NCBI GenBank assembly: GCA_039588275.1
Contig: JBDHAC010000025.1
Span: 1 to 48,761, forward strand
Direction of reading: 5' to 3'
DNA length: 48,761 bases
Source: Gemmatimonadota bacterium
Lineage (GTDB): Bacteria > Gemmatimonadota > Gemmatimonadetes > Palauibacterales > Palauibacteraceae
The notes beneath the pieces were generated by a model, which had not been told where the DNA came from, did not search any database, and worked only from the letters and a program-made list of their open reading frames with translations. Below are positions 27,072 through 38,353 of this stretch, piece after piece (the first letter of the stretch is position 1; each line of letters opens with the position of its first letter). The translations under genes were made by a program, and so were the position numbers.

Positions 27072-27755
27072 ATGGGTAAGTCCAGCGGTTGGGTGCACAC
27101 GGCGAGAACGATCCTGTCCGACCTGTTTCGTCTGCTCGGCAAGATCGTGCCCACGTTCGAGCTCGACGGGGTCGCCGCGCTCGACGACGACTTCCTCGAG
27201 CGGCACGGAATCCGTGCGCTCATATGGGACGTGGATGGCACCCTGACGGCTCACCATGGGTCGGAACTGGATTCGGAGATCCGCACGTCGTTCGAAGCCC
27301 TTCGCGGCCGCACCGACCTCCGACACGCGATCGTGTCGAACTGTCCGGTCCATCGGTTTCGAGAGTTGGGCGGCATCTTTCCCGACATGCCGGTCCTGCT
27401 CGGCTTCGAGACGGCCGAGGGGCCCGCCTTCCGGATCCTGCAGGCGGGTGAGGAAAGGCTCGAAGGAGCGGGGCGCAGTCGACTCGCAGCGGTGGGAGGC
27501 GGCGCGCGGCAACTGCGAAAGCCGAGCGCGACTCTCGTGCGAGAAGCGGCTCGGGTGATCGGGCTCGAGGATGCCCCCGACGCGGTTTTGATGGTGGGCG
27601 ATCAGTACTTCACCGATATCGCATCCGCCAATCTCGCAGGCGTCCGATCCGCGAAAGTGCCGACGCTCCGTCCGAGCTCCTTCCCGTTCTGGGTGCGATT
27701 CGGGCAACGGCTCGAGCGATGGGTGTATCGGGTGTTTCACGGAGCCCGCCGTTGA
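27072..27755 (+). CDS. HAD-superfamily IIIA phosphatase, YqeG/PGP-phosphatase-like
   Basis: GIRALIWDVDGTL (DxD), IVSN, RKPS, MVGDQYFTDI..AN.AG. Confidence 0.85.
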   Translation: MGKSSGWVHTARTILSDLFRLLGKIVPTFELDGVAALDDDFLERHGIRALIWDVDGTLTAHHGSELDSEIRTSFEALRGRTDLRHAIVSNCPVHRFRELGGIFPDMPVLLGFETAEGPAFRILQAGEERLEGAGRSRLAAVGGGARQLRKPSATLVREAARVIGLEDAPDAVLMVGDQYFTDIASANLAGVRSAKVPTLRPSSFPFWVRFGQRLERWVYRVFHGARR

Positions 27756-27759
27756 TCCG

Positions 27760-29304
27760 ATGACGCGAGCGCGCGAGACGCGAGAAGATCGGACTCGAGA
27801 TGGCGGCGGGCGCGGCGGCCCGCTCGTCGACTGGCTGATTCGCAGCGGGCTGCTGCGCGGACCGTTCCAGTTCGTGGACTACTGGTCGAGCGTCCTCGCG
27901 CTCGAAGGCCGCGTGCGCGAATCACACGTCCGAGACGGGCTCGTGGATCCGAGCCTGTTCCGCATCGGGCTGGACCGTCCGGATCTGGAGATCCCGCGCC
28001 TGCGCTCCTACCTCCTCCTGTTTCTCATCGGCCCGTTGCTCCTTCCGTTCCGTGCCTTCCGCCGGCTGGGTCGCTACCGCCTCAGGTTCCGGCGGGCGCT
28101 GGGAGACAGCATACTCGCGGCACTCGACGAGTACTGCCTCGAGTTCCATCCCGCGGGACCGGGGCGAGTGTCGGTCGCGAAGGGAGACCAGCGGCTGGCC
28201 GACGAGATCATCGATCCGCGGTTGATCGCCGGGTTCTCGAGCCTCTTCCACGCGGCCTACAAGCTCCCGTTCGCCACTCTCACCGCGATCCTGGCGACCG
28301 CGGTCATCATCCCGCTCCTGAGCACCGTGGACCTTCTGGATGAGGCGCTTCGTCTGTGGATCCCGGTGGTGTGCCCCGCGGTGGCGCTCCTCCTGTGGGC
28401 GGTGTACCGGGACGTGGCGACGGCGTTCGTCGGGGCCCTCCCCCTGTTGATCGGCCGGTTCTTCGTGACGGCGCTCGGGCCGCCGAACGCGCCCGGGTGG
28501 GGACCCTTCCTGTGGGCGATGCTGGTGCTGCTGGCGTTGTTCATCGCCGCCGACTGGTTCTTTGTCCCGCGTCCCGTGCCACCCGTGCTGATGCTGTACT
28601 CGCGGGATGGTCCGGGTCGCGCGTACGAGCGGCCGGGGGACGAGCCGTACTGGCTGGAGGGGCGGACCTATTGGGTGTGGCGTTACCTGATCCTGTCGCC
28701 CGCCGAGCTCAACAAGTTCTGGGAGAAGGATTGGGAGCGGATCGAAGTGTGGATCCGCGCCGACGGACCGACGGCCGGCCGCCTCGAATGGGTCGTGCTG
28801 GATGCTCACTATCGAGAGCTGTGGATACCGTACGAGCGGCTCGGTGCCAGCGACAGACTGGAGCGCCAACGGGCCACGGCGGCGCAGCATGTGGCGGAGG
28901 CTCGCCCCGGTATCTGGCTGGTGGAAGTCGATGCGAGCCTGATCTTCCACACGCCGTTCATCCGAACGGTGTCGTTCCTCCCGGAAACCGAGGACGTCCC
29001 GGTCCGCTCCGCCTGGCACCTGCTGAGCGGACTCTTCAAGCGCGGCCGACGCGATGATCCGGACGACTACCTGCCGACCCTCGACATGCTGCGCGTGCGC
29101 CGCGGGCGCGGCATCTTGGACGACATACCGGAGGCGATCGTGCCGTTCGCGGCTCGGCACATGTTGGCGATCCCGTGGCGCTACTGGCGGTATCCACTCG
29201 GCGCCCAACGCCGTTGGGACCGCCGCTTGTACGAAGAGCGCCGCTCGCAGGAGGCGCCGCCCGCCGCGGATCCGGAGCTGCAAATCAAGGAGTCGGCATC
29301 GTGA
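27760..29304 (+). CDS. Hypothetical membrane protein with soluble C-terminal DWE-motif domain
   Basis: 514 aa; central ~4 TM helices; C-terminal YWVWRY...FWEKDWERIEVWI...WVVLDAHY; tight operon spacing on both sides. Confidence 0.8.
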   Translation: MTRARETREDRTRDGGGRGGPLVDWLIRSGLLRGPFQFVDYWSSVLALEGRVRESHVRDGLVDPSLFRIGLDRPDLEIPRLRSYLLLFLIGPLLLPFRAFRRLGRYRLRFRRALGDSILAALDEYCLEFHPAGPGRVSVAKGDQRLADEIIDPRLIAGFSSLFHAAYKLPFATLTAILATAVIIPLLSTVDLLDEALRLWIPVVCPAVALLLWAVYRDVATAFVGALPLLIGRFFVTALGPPNAPGWGPFLWAMLVLLALFIAADWFFVPRPVPPVLMLYSRDGPGRAYERPGDEPYWLEGRTYWVWRYLILSPAELNKFWEKDWERIEVWIRADGPTAGRLEWVVLDAHYRELWIPYERLGASDRLERQRATAAQHVAEARPGIWLVEVDASLIFHTPFIRTVSFLPETEDVPVRSAWHLLSGLFKRGRRDDPDDYLPTLDMLRVRRGRGILDDIPEAIVPFAARHMLAIPWRYWRYPLGAQRRWDRRLYEERRSQEAPPAADPELQIKESAS

Positions 29305-29777
29305 CGTATCGAGATCTCGACCGTAAGCTCATCGAAGTGCTGCGCGACGATGCCCGCCTCTCGATCCGTTCGCTGGCCAGACGCCTGTCGGTCTCGCCGA
29401 GCACGGTGGGCAAGCGGCTGGATGCGCTGCTCGAGCGCGGCGTCATCACCGGGTTCGTGCCGACGCTGGACTACAAGAAGCTGGGCTATGGGCTCGTGGC
29501 GATCACGAAGATCAAGGCCCGGGGCGAGGCGCTCCCCACGATCGTAGAAGCCCTCTCCAACGATCGGCACCTTTCCCACGTGTACGAGATCACGGGCGAG
29601 TTCGATGTTCTCGTTATCGGCCGCTTTCGAGACGAGAGCGAAATGAATCGGGAGATCAAGCGCCTCCTGAGCTTGCCCGGCATCGAGGGGACGAACACCT
29701 CCATAGTGCTGTCGACCGCCAAGGAGGGGGGGCACATTGACCTCACTCCCCCCGAAGCGCAGGAAGACGAACCGTAG
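29301..29777 (+). CDS. Lrp/AsnC family transcriptional regulator
   Basis: DLDRKLIEVLRDDARLSIRSLARRLSVSPSTV...L.ERGVI.GF; VYEITGEFD; AAGGAG RBS and GTGA overlap. Confidence 0.93.
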   Translation: MTYRDLDRKLIEVLRDDARLSIRSLARRLSVSPSTVGKRLDALLERGVITGFVPTLDYKKLGYGLVAITKIKARGEALPTIVEALSNDRHLSHVYEITGEFDVLVIGRFRDESEMNREIKRLLSLPGIEGTNTSIVLSTAKEGGHIDLTPPEAQEDEP

Positions 29778-29820
29778 CGGCTCCCACGGCGTCAGCGATC
29801 GGCCGCAGCCCGCGACTCCC

Positions 29821-30630
29821 GTGAGCTCGGCCCGTAGTGCGCTCGCGCGCGTCGAGGCCGAGGTCGTCGCGTGTCGGCGGTGTCCGCGTCTGGTGGCGTG
29901 GAGGGAGGAGGTCGCCCGGACGAAGCGAGCTGCCTTCCGTGAAGAGGAGTACTGGGGACGCCCCGTTCCCGGCTTCGGGGATCCTGCGGCGTGGCTACTC
30001 ATCGTCGGCCTGGCCCCCGCCGCGCACGGCGCGAACCGCACGGGCCGCATGTTCACCGGCGACCGCTCCGGTGACTGGCTGTATCGAGCGTTACACAAGG
30101 CAGGCCTGGCAACGCAGCCCGATTCGACGCACCGTGGCGACGCGTTGGACTTGAACGGGACCTTCATCACGGCGGGCGTTCGCTGCGCCCCGCCCGGAAA
30201 CCGTCCCACCCCGGCCGAGCGCGATGCGTGTCGGCCGTATCTTGAACGCGAGCTGGACGTGCTCTCCGAAGTTCGGGTGATCGTCGCGTTGGGAGGGTTC
30301 GCGTGGGCGAGCGTGGCGCGCATCCTACGTGACCGCGGCCACTCCCTGCCCCGTCCGATGCCACGCTTCTCGCACGCTGCCGAGGTGCCGATCCACCCCG
30401 CACCGGTCGCCGAGTCGCCCGGTGCCCGGCCGCAGGGGGGCGGCTCGCGGGGGGGTGGCTGGTGGGGGGGTGGCTCGCGGGGGGGTGGCTGGCCGGAGCG
30501 CGGCCCCGGCTGGCTGATCGGCTCCTACCACCCGAGCCAGCAGAACACGTTCACGGGGAAGCTGACGGAGGAGATGTTCGACGTCGTCTGGGAACGGGCC
30601 AGGCAGCTGAGAAACCTCGCCCCGTGCTAG
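29821..30630 (+). CDS. Uracil-DNA glycosylase family 5 (UdgB-like, Fe-S)
   Basis: CRRCPRL, PVPGFGDP, GLAPAAHGANRTGRMFTGDRSG, RCAPPGNRP, SYHPSQQNTFTGKLT. Start uncertain. Confidence 0.92.
   Translation: MSSARSALARVEAEVVACRRCPRLVAWREEVARTKRAAFREEEYWGRPVPGFGDPAAWLLIVGLAPAAHGANRTGRMFTGDRSGDWLYRALHKAGLATQPDSTHRGDALDLNGTFITAGVRCAPPGNRPTPAERDACRPYLERELDVLSEVRVIVALGGFAWASVARILRDRGHSLPRPMPRFSHAAEVPIHPAPVAESPGARPQGGGSRGGGWWGGGSRGGGWPERGPGWLIGSYHPSQQNTFTGKLTEEMFDVVWERARQLRNLAPC
30435..30492 (+). repeat. In-frame G-rich 15/30-nt tandem repeat inside UDG (GGGSR-GGGWW-GGGSR-GGGW)
   Basis: GGGGGGCGGCTCGCG GGGGGGTGGCTGGTG GGGGGGTGGCTCGCG GGGGGGTGGCTGG: four G6-7 runs. Confidence 0.85.
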
Positions 30631-30756
30631 CTGTGCGTCGCGAGAACGTCGGTCACCCCCAGCGGCGGGCTTCTGGCGCGTTCAAAGCCTGCGGATAGCG
30701 TCCCGCGGTTCAGCTGAAACGTCCCGCCGGCTTTGGTGCGACGCCGGTCTCTCGTC

Positions 30757-30874
30757 CGCCTCACCCGGACGCCGGGGGGCTCACCCGGACGGCAGGCGCC
30801 TCACCCGGACGCGCCGGGGGGCTCACCCGGACGGCAGGCGCCTCACCCGGACGCCAGGCGGCTCACCCGGACGG
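30757..30874. repeat. Intergenic array of six CTCACCCGGACG direct repeats, period 20-22 bp
   Basis: Core starts at 30760, 30780, 30800, 30822, 30842 and 30862; linkers alternate between GCCGGGGGG-like and GGCAGGCGC-like. Confidence 0.92.
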
Positions 30875-30904
30875 CTGTGTGGCCCCGAACTCGAGGTCTT
30901 GAAT

Positions 30905-31933
30905 CTAGACTGCCGTGGTCGGTGCCGTCGCGTCCCGCTTGACCTCGATCATTCGCTCGACCGCACGTAGAGCCCGCACCCGCACGTCGTCGGGCACGTG
31001 GATCTCGTGCTGGAGCTTCTGGAGCGACTCGAGCGACTTCTCGAGCGAGATCTTCTTCATGTGCGGGCATAGGGTGCAGGGCCGCACGAACTCGAGGTCG
31101 GGGTGCGCCTCCTGCACGTTATCGGACATGCTGCACTCGGTCACCATGATCACGTGCTTCGAGCGTGCCCGGTCCAGGTAGCCGATCATCCCGCTCGTGG
31201 AGCCTACGAAGTCCGACTCCTCGCACACCTCGGGCGAGCACTCGGGGTGGGCGATCACCTCGATTCCGGGGAACTGCTCCCGATACGCTCGGATCTCCTC
31301 GACGGTGAACTGCTCGTGCACGATACACCGGCCGTGCCACGCGATGACCTTCACATCGGTCTGCTTCGCGACGTTGCGCGCCAGGTACTCATCCGGCAGG
31401 AAGATCACCTCGTCCGTCCCCAGCGACTCGACGACCGAGACCGCGTTCGCGGACGTGCACACGATGTCGGACTCGGCCTTGATGGCGGCCGGCGTGTTCA
31501 TGTACGTGACCACCGGCACTCCCGGATAGCGCTCGCGGAGGAGCCTCACGTCATCGGCCGCGATGCTCTCCGACAGCGAACAGCCGGCGTCCAGGTCGGG
31601 GATGAGGACCATCCGATCGGGGTTCAGGATCTTGGCAGTCTCCGCCATGAAGTGGACGCCGCAGAACAGGATGATATCGGCGTCGGCGTCTCTCGCCTGC
31701 TTGGAAAGACCGAGCGAATCGCCCGTATAGTCCGAGATCCCATGGAAGATCTCGGGGACCATGTAGTTGTGCCCGAGGATGACCGCGTTGCGCTCTTTCT
31801 TGAGCCGGTTGATCTCCGCGATCAACGGCGCGTGCATCTCCCACTCGAAGCGCGGGATGCTGTCTTTGACTTTGGGGTAGATGTGCTCCGTCAGCTTGGC
31901 GACGGCATCCGTGTACTCGAGCGTCGAGGGCAT
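30905..31933 (-). CDS. nadA: Quinolinate synthase A
   Basis: NAVILGHNY, GDSL.LS, FCGVHFMAETAKILNP, AGCSL, YMNT.A..KA, CTSANA, CIVHE, AHPEC, GSTSGM, CPHMK; GAGGAGG upstream of ATG31933. Confidence 0.97.
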   Translation of the reverse strand: MPSTLEYTDAVAKLTEHIYPKVKDSIPRFEWEMHAPLIAEINRLKKERNAVILGHNYMVPEIFHGISDYTGDSLGLSKQARDADADIILFCGVHFMAETAKILNPDRMVLIPDLDAGCSLSESIAADDVRLLRERYPGVPVVTYMNTPAAIKAESDIVCTSANAVSVVESLGTDEVIFLPDEYLARNVAKQTDVKVIAWHGRCIVHEQFTVEEIRAYREQFPGIEVIAHPECSPEVCEESDFVGSTSGMIGYLDRARSKHVIMVTECSMSDNVQEAHPDLEFVRPCTLCPHMKKISLEKSLESLQKLQHEIHVPDDVRVRALRAVERMIEVKRDATAPTTAV

Positions 31934-32088
31934 AGCGCCTGTGTCCTCCTCGGGCGGCCGCGCGCGGCGCGCTGGCGACCGCGGCGGCAAGACATCGACT
32001 TCGCACCGCACGGTATCACTGGGAAATATGATGAACCCCGTTGCGGAGTAAAGTTCCACGCAAGAAAGACACCTCCGAGCGATCGTGA

Positions 32089-34200
<2,112 letters not shown>

Positions 34201-34304
34201 CACTGAGGCTGCGAGACTTGCTCTCGATGGAACGCGAGCTCGAGTCGTTCCACCGGGCGTGCCTCGGCGCGATCAAAGAGCGGATCGGTTCCGACGCGAT
34301 CGGC

Positions 34305-34538
34305 TCACCTATCCAGGTCTCGTCGCGCCCAGGGGGCCCGCGCTAGCGCATCGCCCGCACGCTCTTGAACCCAGCGCGCAGCCCGATCCCGGGTCAGCCG
34401 TAACTTCGGAGATGGGCGCTCCTCGGTGGGCTTCAGCCACTTCAGGAAGAGGAGGAACCCTCCCAGTCCGATGATGGCGATGATGTACTCGATCCCCTTG
34501 GTCGAGCCTGCCAACAGTTGCCATATGAGCGCGCTCAT
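34305..34538 (-). CDS. Small single-TM protein at end of hydrogenase operon (HmcD-like TKGxxY motif)
   Basis: MSALIWQLLAGSTKGIEYIIAIIGLGGFLLFLKWLK...; RBS GAAGGGGG; starts 18 bp after hybB stop. Confidence 0.7.
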   Translation of the reverse strand: MSALIWQLLAGSTKGIEYIIAIIGLGGFLLFLKWLKPTEERPSPKLRLTRDRAARWVQERAGDALARAPWARRDLDR

Positions 34539-34556
34539 GCGTTGCCCCCTTCGGGC

Positions 34557-35726
34557 TCAGTGGAGCCCCTGGTACTCCGGGTGCTCGTGCAGGACGGGCA
34601 TTCTCCTCACGATCCACCGGAAGGTGAGCACGCCGACGGTCACGATGAACACCGTCACCATCAGCTCCATCCAGTGTGGCCAGTAGCGCTGTGCGTAGTC
34701 CCAACGATACCCGATCACCGACACGTTCAGCCGGTTCACGACGATCCCGATCACGGTCACGAGAGCCGTCACTCGGACCAGCGAGATGTTGCTCGTGCGC
34801 ACCGCCCACGTGAACAGGAAGCACGGCAGGGCGACGAACCCGAACATCTCGACCAGGAACCACAACCCCATGGGCGTGGCGAGGTAGCTCCAATTCTGAC
34901 CGCGAGCCACGCCGATCCACTTCAGGAAGAAATACGCGAACAGAATCACTGCGGCCGCCTTCGCGAGCCCGAGCATCAGACCGTCCAGTTTGGCCAGGTG
35001 CTCCTCATCCACCTGATCCTTGAACACGCGATGAGAGATCGTGCTCTCGAAGGCCACCATCGCGAGCCCGGCGATCATGCTCGAGACGAAGAAGAAGACA
35101 GGTAGCAGCTCTGAATACCACAGCGGGTGCAGCTTGGTCGGCGCGAGCAGGAACAGCGCTCCGAGCGCGGACTGGTGAAGGGTGGAGAGGATCACGCCCG
35201 CGATCGTGGCTCCGACCGTGAGCCTGGCGACCCATTGGCGGACCTTCTTCCACCCCAGCCACTCGAACACTGCCGGACTGAACTCGATGAACTGCACGGT
35301 GAGATACAGGAAGACGTGCCAGGCCACCAAGAACATGACCGAGGTGACGCCGTACGAGTACACCACCGGGTACGGGAGTCGCCATGGCCGTCCGAGATCG
35401 ACGAGCAGCGCCACGACGACGAAGAAGTAGCCCAGGAACCCGGTCAGGATAGCGGGTCGCAGCAGCGGATAGTACTGCTTGAGCCCGAACAGGTAGACCG
35501 TCGAAGCCAGCACGTACCCGCCGGCCGCCAGCGCGACGCCGCACAGCACGTCGAAACCGATCCACAGCCCCCACGGATACGGATTCGAGAGGTTCGAGAC
35601 CGCGCCGAGCCCTTGCGTGAAGCGAATGGTCAGGATGACGAGACCAGTCACGAGGATCGCGGCAACGAGCGCCCTGAGCGGAGTGACCTTCACCTTGCCC
35701 AGCGCGGACACCGCGACCCGGTTCAT
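34557..35726 (-). CDS. hybB: NrfD/PsrC-family membrane subunit (HybB/HmcC-like)
   Basis: GLGAVSNLS..YPWGLWIGFDVLCGVALAAGGY, DLGRPWRL, LSTLHQSALGALF...KLHPLWYS, NRLNV, YWPHWME; ATG35726 overlaps hybA stop. Confidence 0.9.
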   Translation of the reverse strand: MNRVAVSALGKVKVTPLRALVAAILVTGLVILTIRFTQGLGAVSNLSNPYPWGLWIGFDVLCGVALAAGGYVLASTVYLFGLKQYYPLLRPAILTGFLGYFFVVVALLVDLGRPWRLPYPVVYSYGVTSVMFLVAWHVFLYLTVQFIEFSPAVFEWLGWKKVRQWVARLTVGATIAGVILSTLHQSALGALFLLAPTKLHPLWYSELLPVFFFVSSMIAGLAMVAFESTISHRVFKDQVDEEHLAKLDGLMLGLAKAAAVILFAYFFLKWIGVARGQNWSYLATPMGLWFLVEMFGFVALPCFLFTWAVRTSNISLVRVTALVTVIGIVVNRLNVSVIGYRWDYAQRYWPHWMELMVTVFIVTVGVLTFRWIVRRMPVLHEHPEYQGLH

Positions 35727-36637
35727 GGCTCGACCCCCTCGCTCGGCACAGCCACCTCGCCTTCCGCAGCGATATCCTCCCGCCGCTGGACGAAGCGGTG
35801 CAGGCCCGTGCCGAAGGCCGCCCACAGGATGATCACCAGCGGGACCGAGTTGAGAAACGCCTTCGTCAGGTTCGGGAGCGGGGCGTCAGGCAGGTTCGTC
35901 GGAAAGCCCAGCTTGTCGAACGAGACTCCGGCCAGGTAGAGGGCGGCCGTCCCACCCGCCTCGTGCTCGCCGTAGACGTGGTGCTCGTAGCGCTCAGGCT
36001 CCTCGTAAACGCGGCCCCAGGCTTCCTTCAACAGATCATCGCGCTTACCGAACTTCATCGCCCCGGTCGGACATGCGGTCACGCAGCGAGGCACTCCTTC
36101 ATCCGTCGAGCTGAAGCAGAACGTGCACTTACGGATCGCCGGGACCGGCTTGTCGTACTCGAACGTCGGCACCTCGAACGGACACGCGACCATGCAGTAG
36201 CGGCACCCGATGCACTTGTCGACATCGTAGGAGACGCACCCGTTCGGCTGTCTCTCGAGCGCGTTGACGAGGCACGCGGACGCGCACGCGGGATCCAGGC
36301 AGTGCATGCACTGCTTCTTGACGAAGCTCCACTCCTCCCCGTCCTCGCTGCGATACTGCTGGATGACCGTGGGGTGGTTGCATGACAGGTCCGTGGGCTG
36401 GTCGTACAGACCTTCGCCGTTCGGTCCATCCCCATCGGGCCCGAGGTCGAAACCGTCGCGGCAAGCGGTCTGACAGGCACGGCACCCGATACACTTGGTT
36501 GCATCGAACAGCATGCCCATGCACCCCGCCGTGTCGGGCGCGGCCGAATGACCGCGTACTGGGGTAGCCGCTATCCCGGTTACCGCCCCGGCGGTCGCGG
36601 CGCCGATCTTCAGAAACTCGCGTCGTCGAACCTTCAT
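35723..36637 (-). CDS. hybA: Tat-exported 4x[4Fe-4S] electron-transfer subunit (HybA/HmcB-like)
   Basis: RRREFLK twin-arginine motif; CIGCRACQTAC, CMHC..P.C..AC, CIGCRYCMVACP, KCTFC...CVTACP; YGEHEAGGT; C-terminal TM; GAGGAG RBS. Confidence 0.9.
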   Translation of the reverse strand: MKVRRREFLKIGAATAGAVTGIAATPVRGHSAAPDTAGCMGMLFDATKCIGCRACQTACRDGFDLGPDGDGPNGEGLYDQPTDLSCNHPTVIQQYRSEDGEEWSFVKKQCMHCLDPACASACLVNALERQPNGCVSYDVDKCIGCRYCMVACPFEVPTFEYDKPVPAIRKCTFCFSSTDEGVPRCVTACPTGAMKFGKRDDLLKEAWGRVYEEPERYEHHVYGEHEAGGTAALYLAGVSFDKLGFPTNLPDAPLPNLTKAFLNSVPLVIILWAAFGTGLHRFVQRREDIAAEGEVAVPSEGVEP

Positions 36638-36641
36638 GGAG

Positions 36642-37781
36642 CTACTCCTCGATCTCTTCGCCACCGGCCGGTGCCGCCGCGCTCTTGGCCAGCTTGGTCG
36701 CCCCTACCGCAGCCCCTACCGCTGCCGCGCCGACCGCGCCGCCGATGATGGCGGCCGCTCCGGGCGAGATGGACTCTGCAGCGCGTTGACCGGATGCCGG
36801 AGGGTAGAACGCCGGCGGCGTCAGGCTGGCCGGCTGGAGGACGTCGAACATGGAGTTCTCGAACGGGAACTCTGGCTGCGTGCACCCGATGCAGGGATGA
36901 CCCGCCTCGATGCACCAGTTGGTCCCGTTGTTCCACTTTCGTATCGGACAGTCACCGTATGCGATCGGGCCCTTGCAGCCGAGCTTGAGCAGACAGCCGT
37001 GATCGCCGTAGTGCTCGGCGAACTCTCCCCGATCGTAGTGGCCCCGGAATTGGCAGTTGTCGTGGATCAGCGGGGTGAAGAACGGTGCCGGCCGACCGTG
37101 CTCGTCCAGCTCGAGCGCCTCGACACCGCCGAGGAGGATCGTCGCCACGGTACCCACGATCCAATCGGGGTGCGGTGGGCAGCCCGGTATGTTCACGACG
37201 GGCGTCGTGACCCCTTCACGCGCCAGCAGCCCGCCCGTGCTCAGGCAGTCGGTGGGGTTGGGGGCGGCCGCCGGGATGCCTCCATACGCCGAGCAGGTAC
37301 CGACGGCCAGAACGGCCGCCGCGCCCTGGGCGAGTTGGTGCACGTGATCGTAGCCGGTGATCGGCTCGCCCGCCGGGGTCTCGCCGACGCTACAGTACAG
37401 GCCGTCCGCCCCCGCCGCCGTCGCTCCATCCGTGAGCAGGACGTAGGCACCCGGGTTCTCCGCCGCCACCTCCTCCATGACCCGCATCGCCTGTTCGCCG
37501 GCCGAGGCCATCACGGTGGTATGGAAGCCCAGCGACAGATGCGTGCCGGGCAACACCTGGGCGAGCAGCGCCTCCTGGATGGTGGGCGCCGCGCTGTTCA
37601 GGAGCGAGACCGAGCATCCCGTGCAGGAGCCGGTCGCGAGCCAGATCAGCGGGATCTCCGCCACCTGCTCCAACTCCTGACCCTCGATCAGCCCCATCAA
37701 TCCGGGGATCTTCACGATCGAGAATCCCAGTACGCTCGCCTGGGCCCCCGCCTGCACGAATTCCCTTCGTGTCAGCTCCAT
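36642..37781 (-). CDS. [NiFe]-hydrogenase small subunit (group-1a/HysB-like), Tat signal, C-terminal anchor
   Basis: TRREFV; CTGCSVS; GTCSAYGGIP; PGCPPHP; HDNC; GCLLKLGCKGP; DCP..KWNNGTNWC....HPCIGC. Confidence 0.95.
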   Translation of the reverse strand: MELTRREFVQAGAQASVLGFSIVKIPGLMGLIEGQELEQVAEIPLIWLATGSCTGCSVSLLNSAAPTIQEALLAQVLPGTHLSLGFHTTVMASAGEQAMRVMEEVAAENPGAYVLLTDGATAAGADGLYCSVGETPAGEPITGYDHVHQLAQGAAAVLAVGTCSAYGGIPAAAPNPTDCLSTGGLLAREGVTTPVVNIPGCPPHPDWIVGTVATILLGGVEALELDEHGRPAPFFTPLIHDNCQFRGHYDRGEFAEHYGDHGCLLKLGCKGPIAYGDCPIRKWNNGTNWCIEAGHPCIGCTQPEFPFENSMFDVLQPASLTPPAFYPPASGQRAAESISPGAAAIIGGAVGAAAVGAAVGATKLAKSAAAPAGGEEIEE

Positions 37782-37793
37782 GGCGTTCCTCTT

Positions 37794-38351
37794 TCAGCTC
37801 ATGCGGCTCGTTCGAGCGCCATTGCCCTGATTCCCACGGCCCTCCTTGAGAGCCAGGTAGGCGAGGATGTCCAGGGGGAGCTCCAGCTTGTGAACGGCAA
37901 CCCCCAGGGCCCTCAGGAGGGCGCCCTTGACGGGCAGCGACAGCTTTAGCGCCGGCGATACATCGGCAACCTGTACCGCCACGATCATGACTTTCCTCGG
38001 GGCGCGGCCCAGCAGGCGCGCCTCGTCCAACGCGTGACTCAGATCCAGCTCGTGCAGGCTGATGGGCTCCATGTGGCGCTCCAGCTGCTCCGGCTTGATG
38101 CAGAACACCGTCCCGGGCTCGGCACGCGCATCGATCGCATCCAGGACGACCACCAGCTCACGGTCCTCGAGCATCCGCGCGAGGGATGGCAGCGCCGTAC
38201 CGGCCTCGTAGACCTCTACCTCGGGGGGCAGGGGCAAACCTTCCATGATCTCGGCGCCGCGTACTCCCACCCCATCGTCCCCACGCAGGACGTTTCCGAT
38301 GCCCACGAAAAGCTTGGGCGCGCGTTCTTCCGCCATCGCACTGTCCCACAT
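37794..38351 (-). CDS. Hydrogenase maturation endopeptidase (HybD/HycI family)
   Basis: VGIGNVLRGDDGVG, VVLDAID...PGTV, SLHEL. It is the C-terminal part of track ORF 37794-39137; start 38351 or 38336. Confidence 0.92.
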   Translation of the reverse strand: MWDSAMAEERAPKLFVGIGNVLRGDDGVGVRGAEIMEGLPLPPEVEVYEAGTALPSLARMLEDRELVVVLDAIDARAEPGTVFCIKPEQLERHMEPISLHELDLSHALDEARLLGRAPRKVMIVAVQVADVSPALKLSLPVKGALLRALGVAVHKLELPLDILAYLALKEGRGNQGNGARTSRMS

Positions 38352-38353
38352 GG

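Noticed and set aside
27922..29283. Long antisense or alternate-frame ORFs (this one, 3790-5013, 22949-24043, 36636-37949, 40357-41541 and others)
   Set aside because: Shadow ORFs opposite motif-supported genes, expected from stop-codon scarcity at high GC; no recognisable motifs.
30757..30874. CRISPR array
   Set aside because: Repeat core is only 12 bp, linkers are 8-10 bp and resemble each other, and there are no cas genes.
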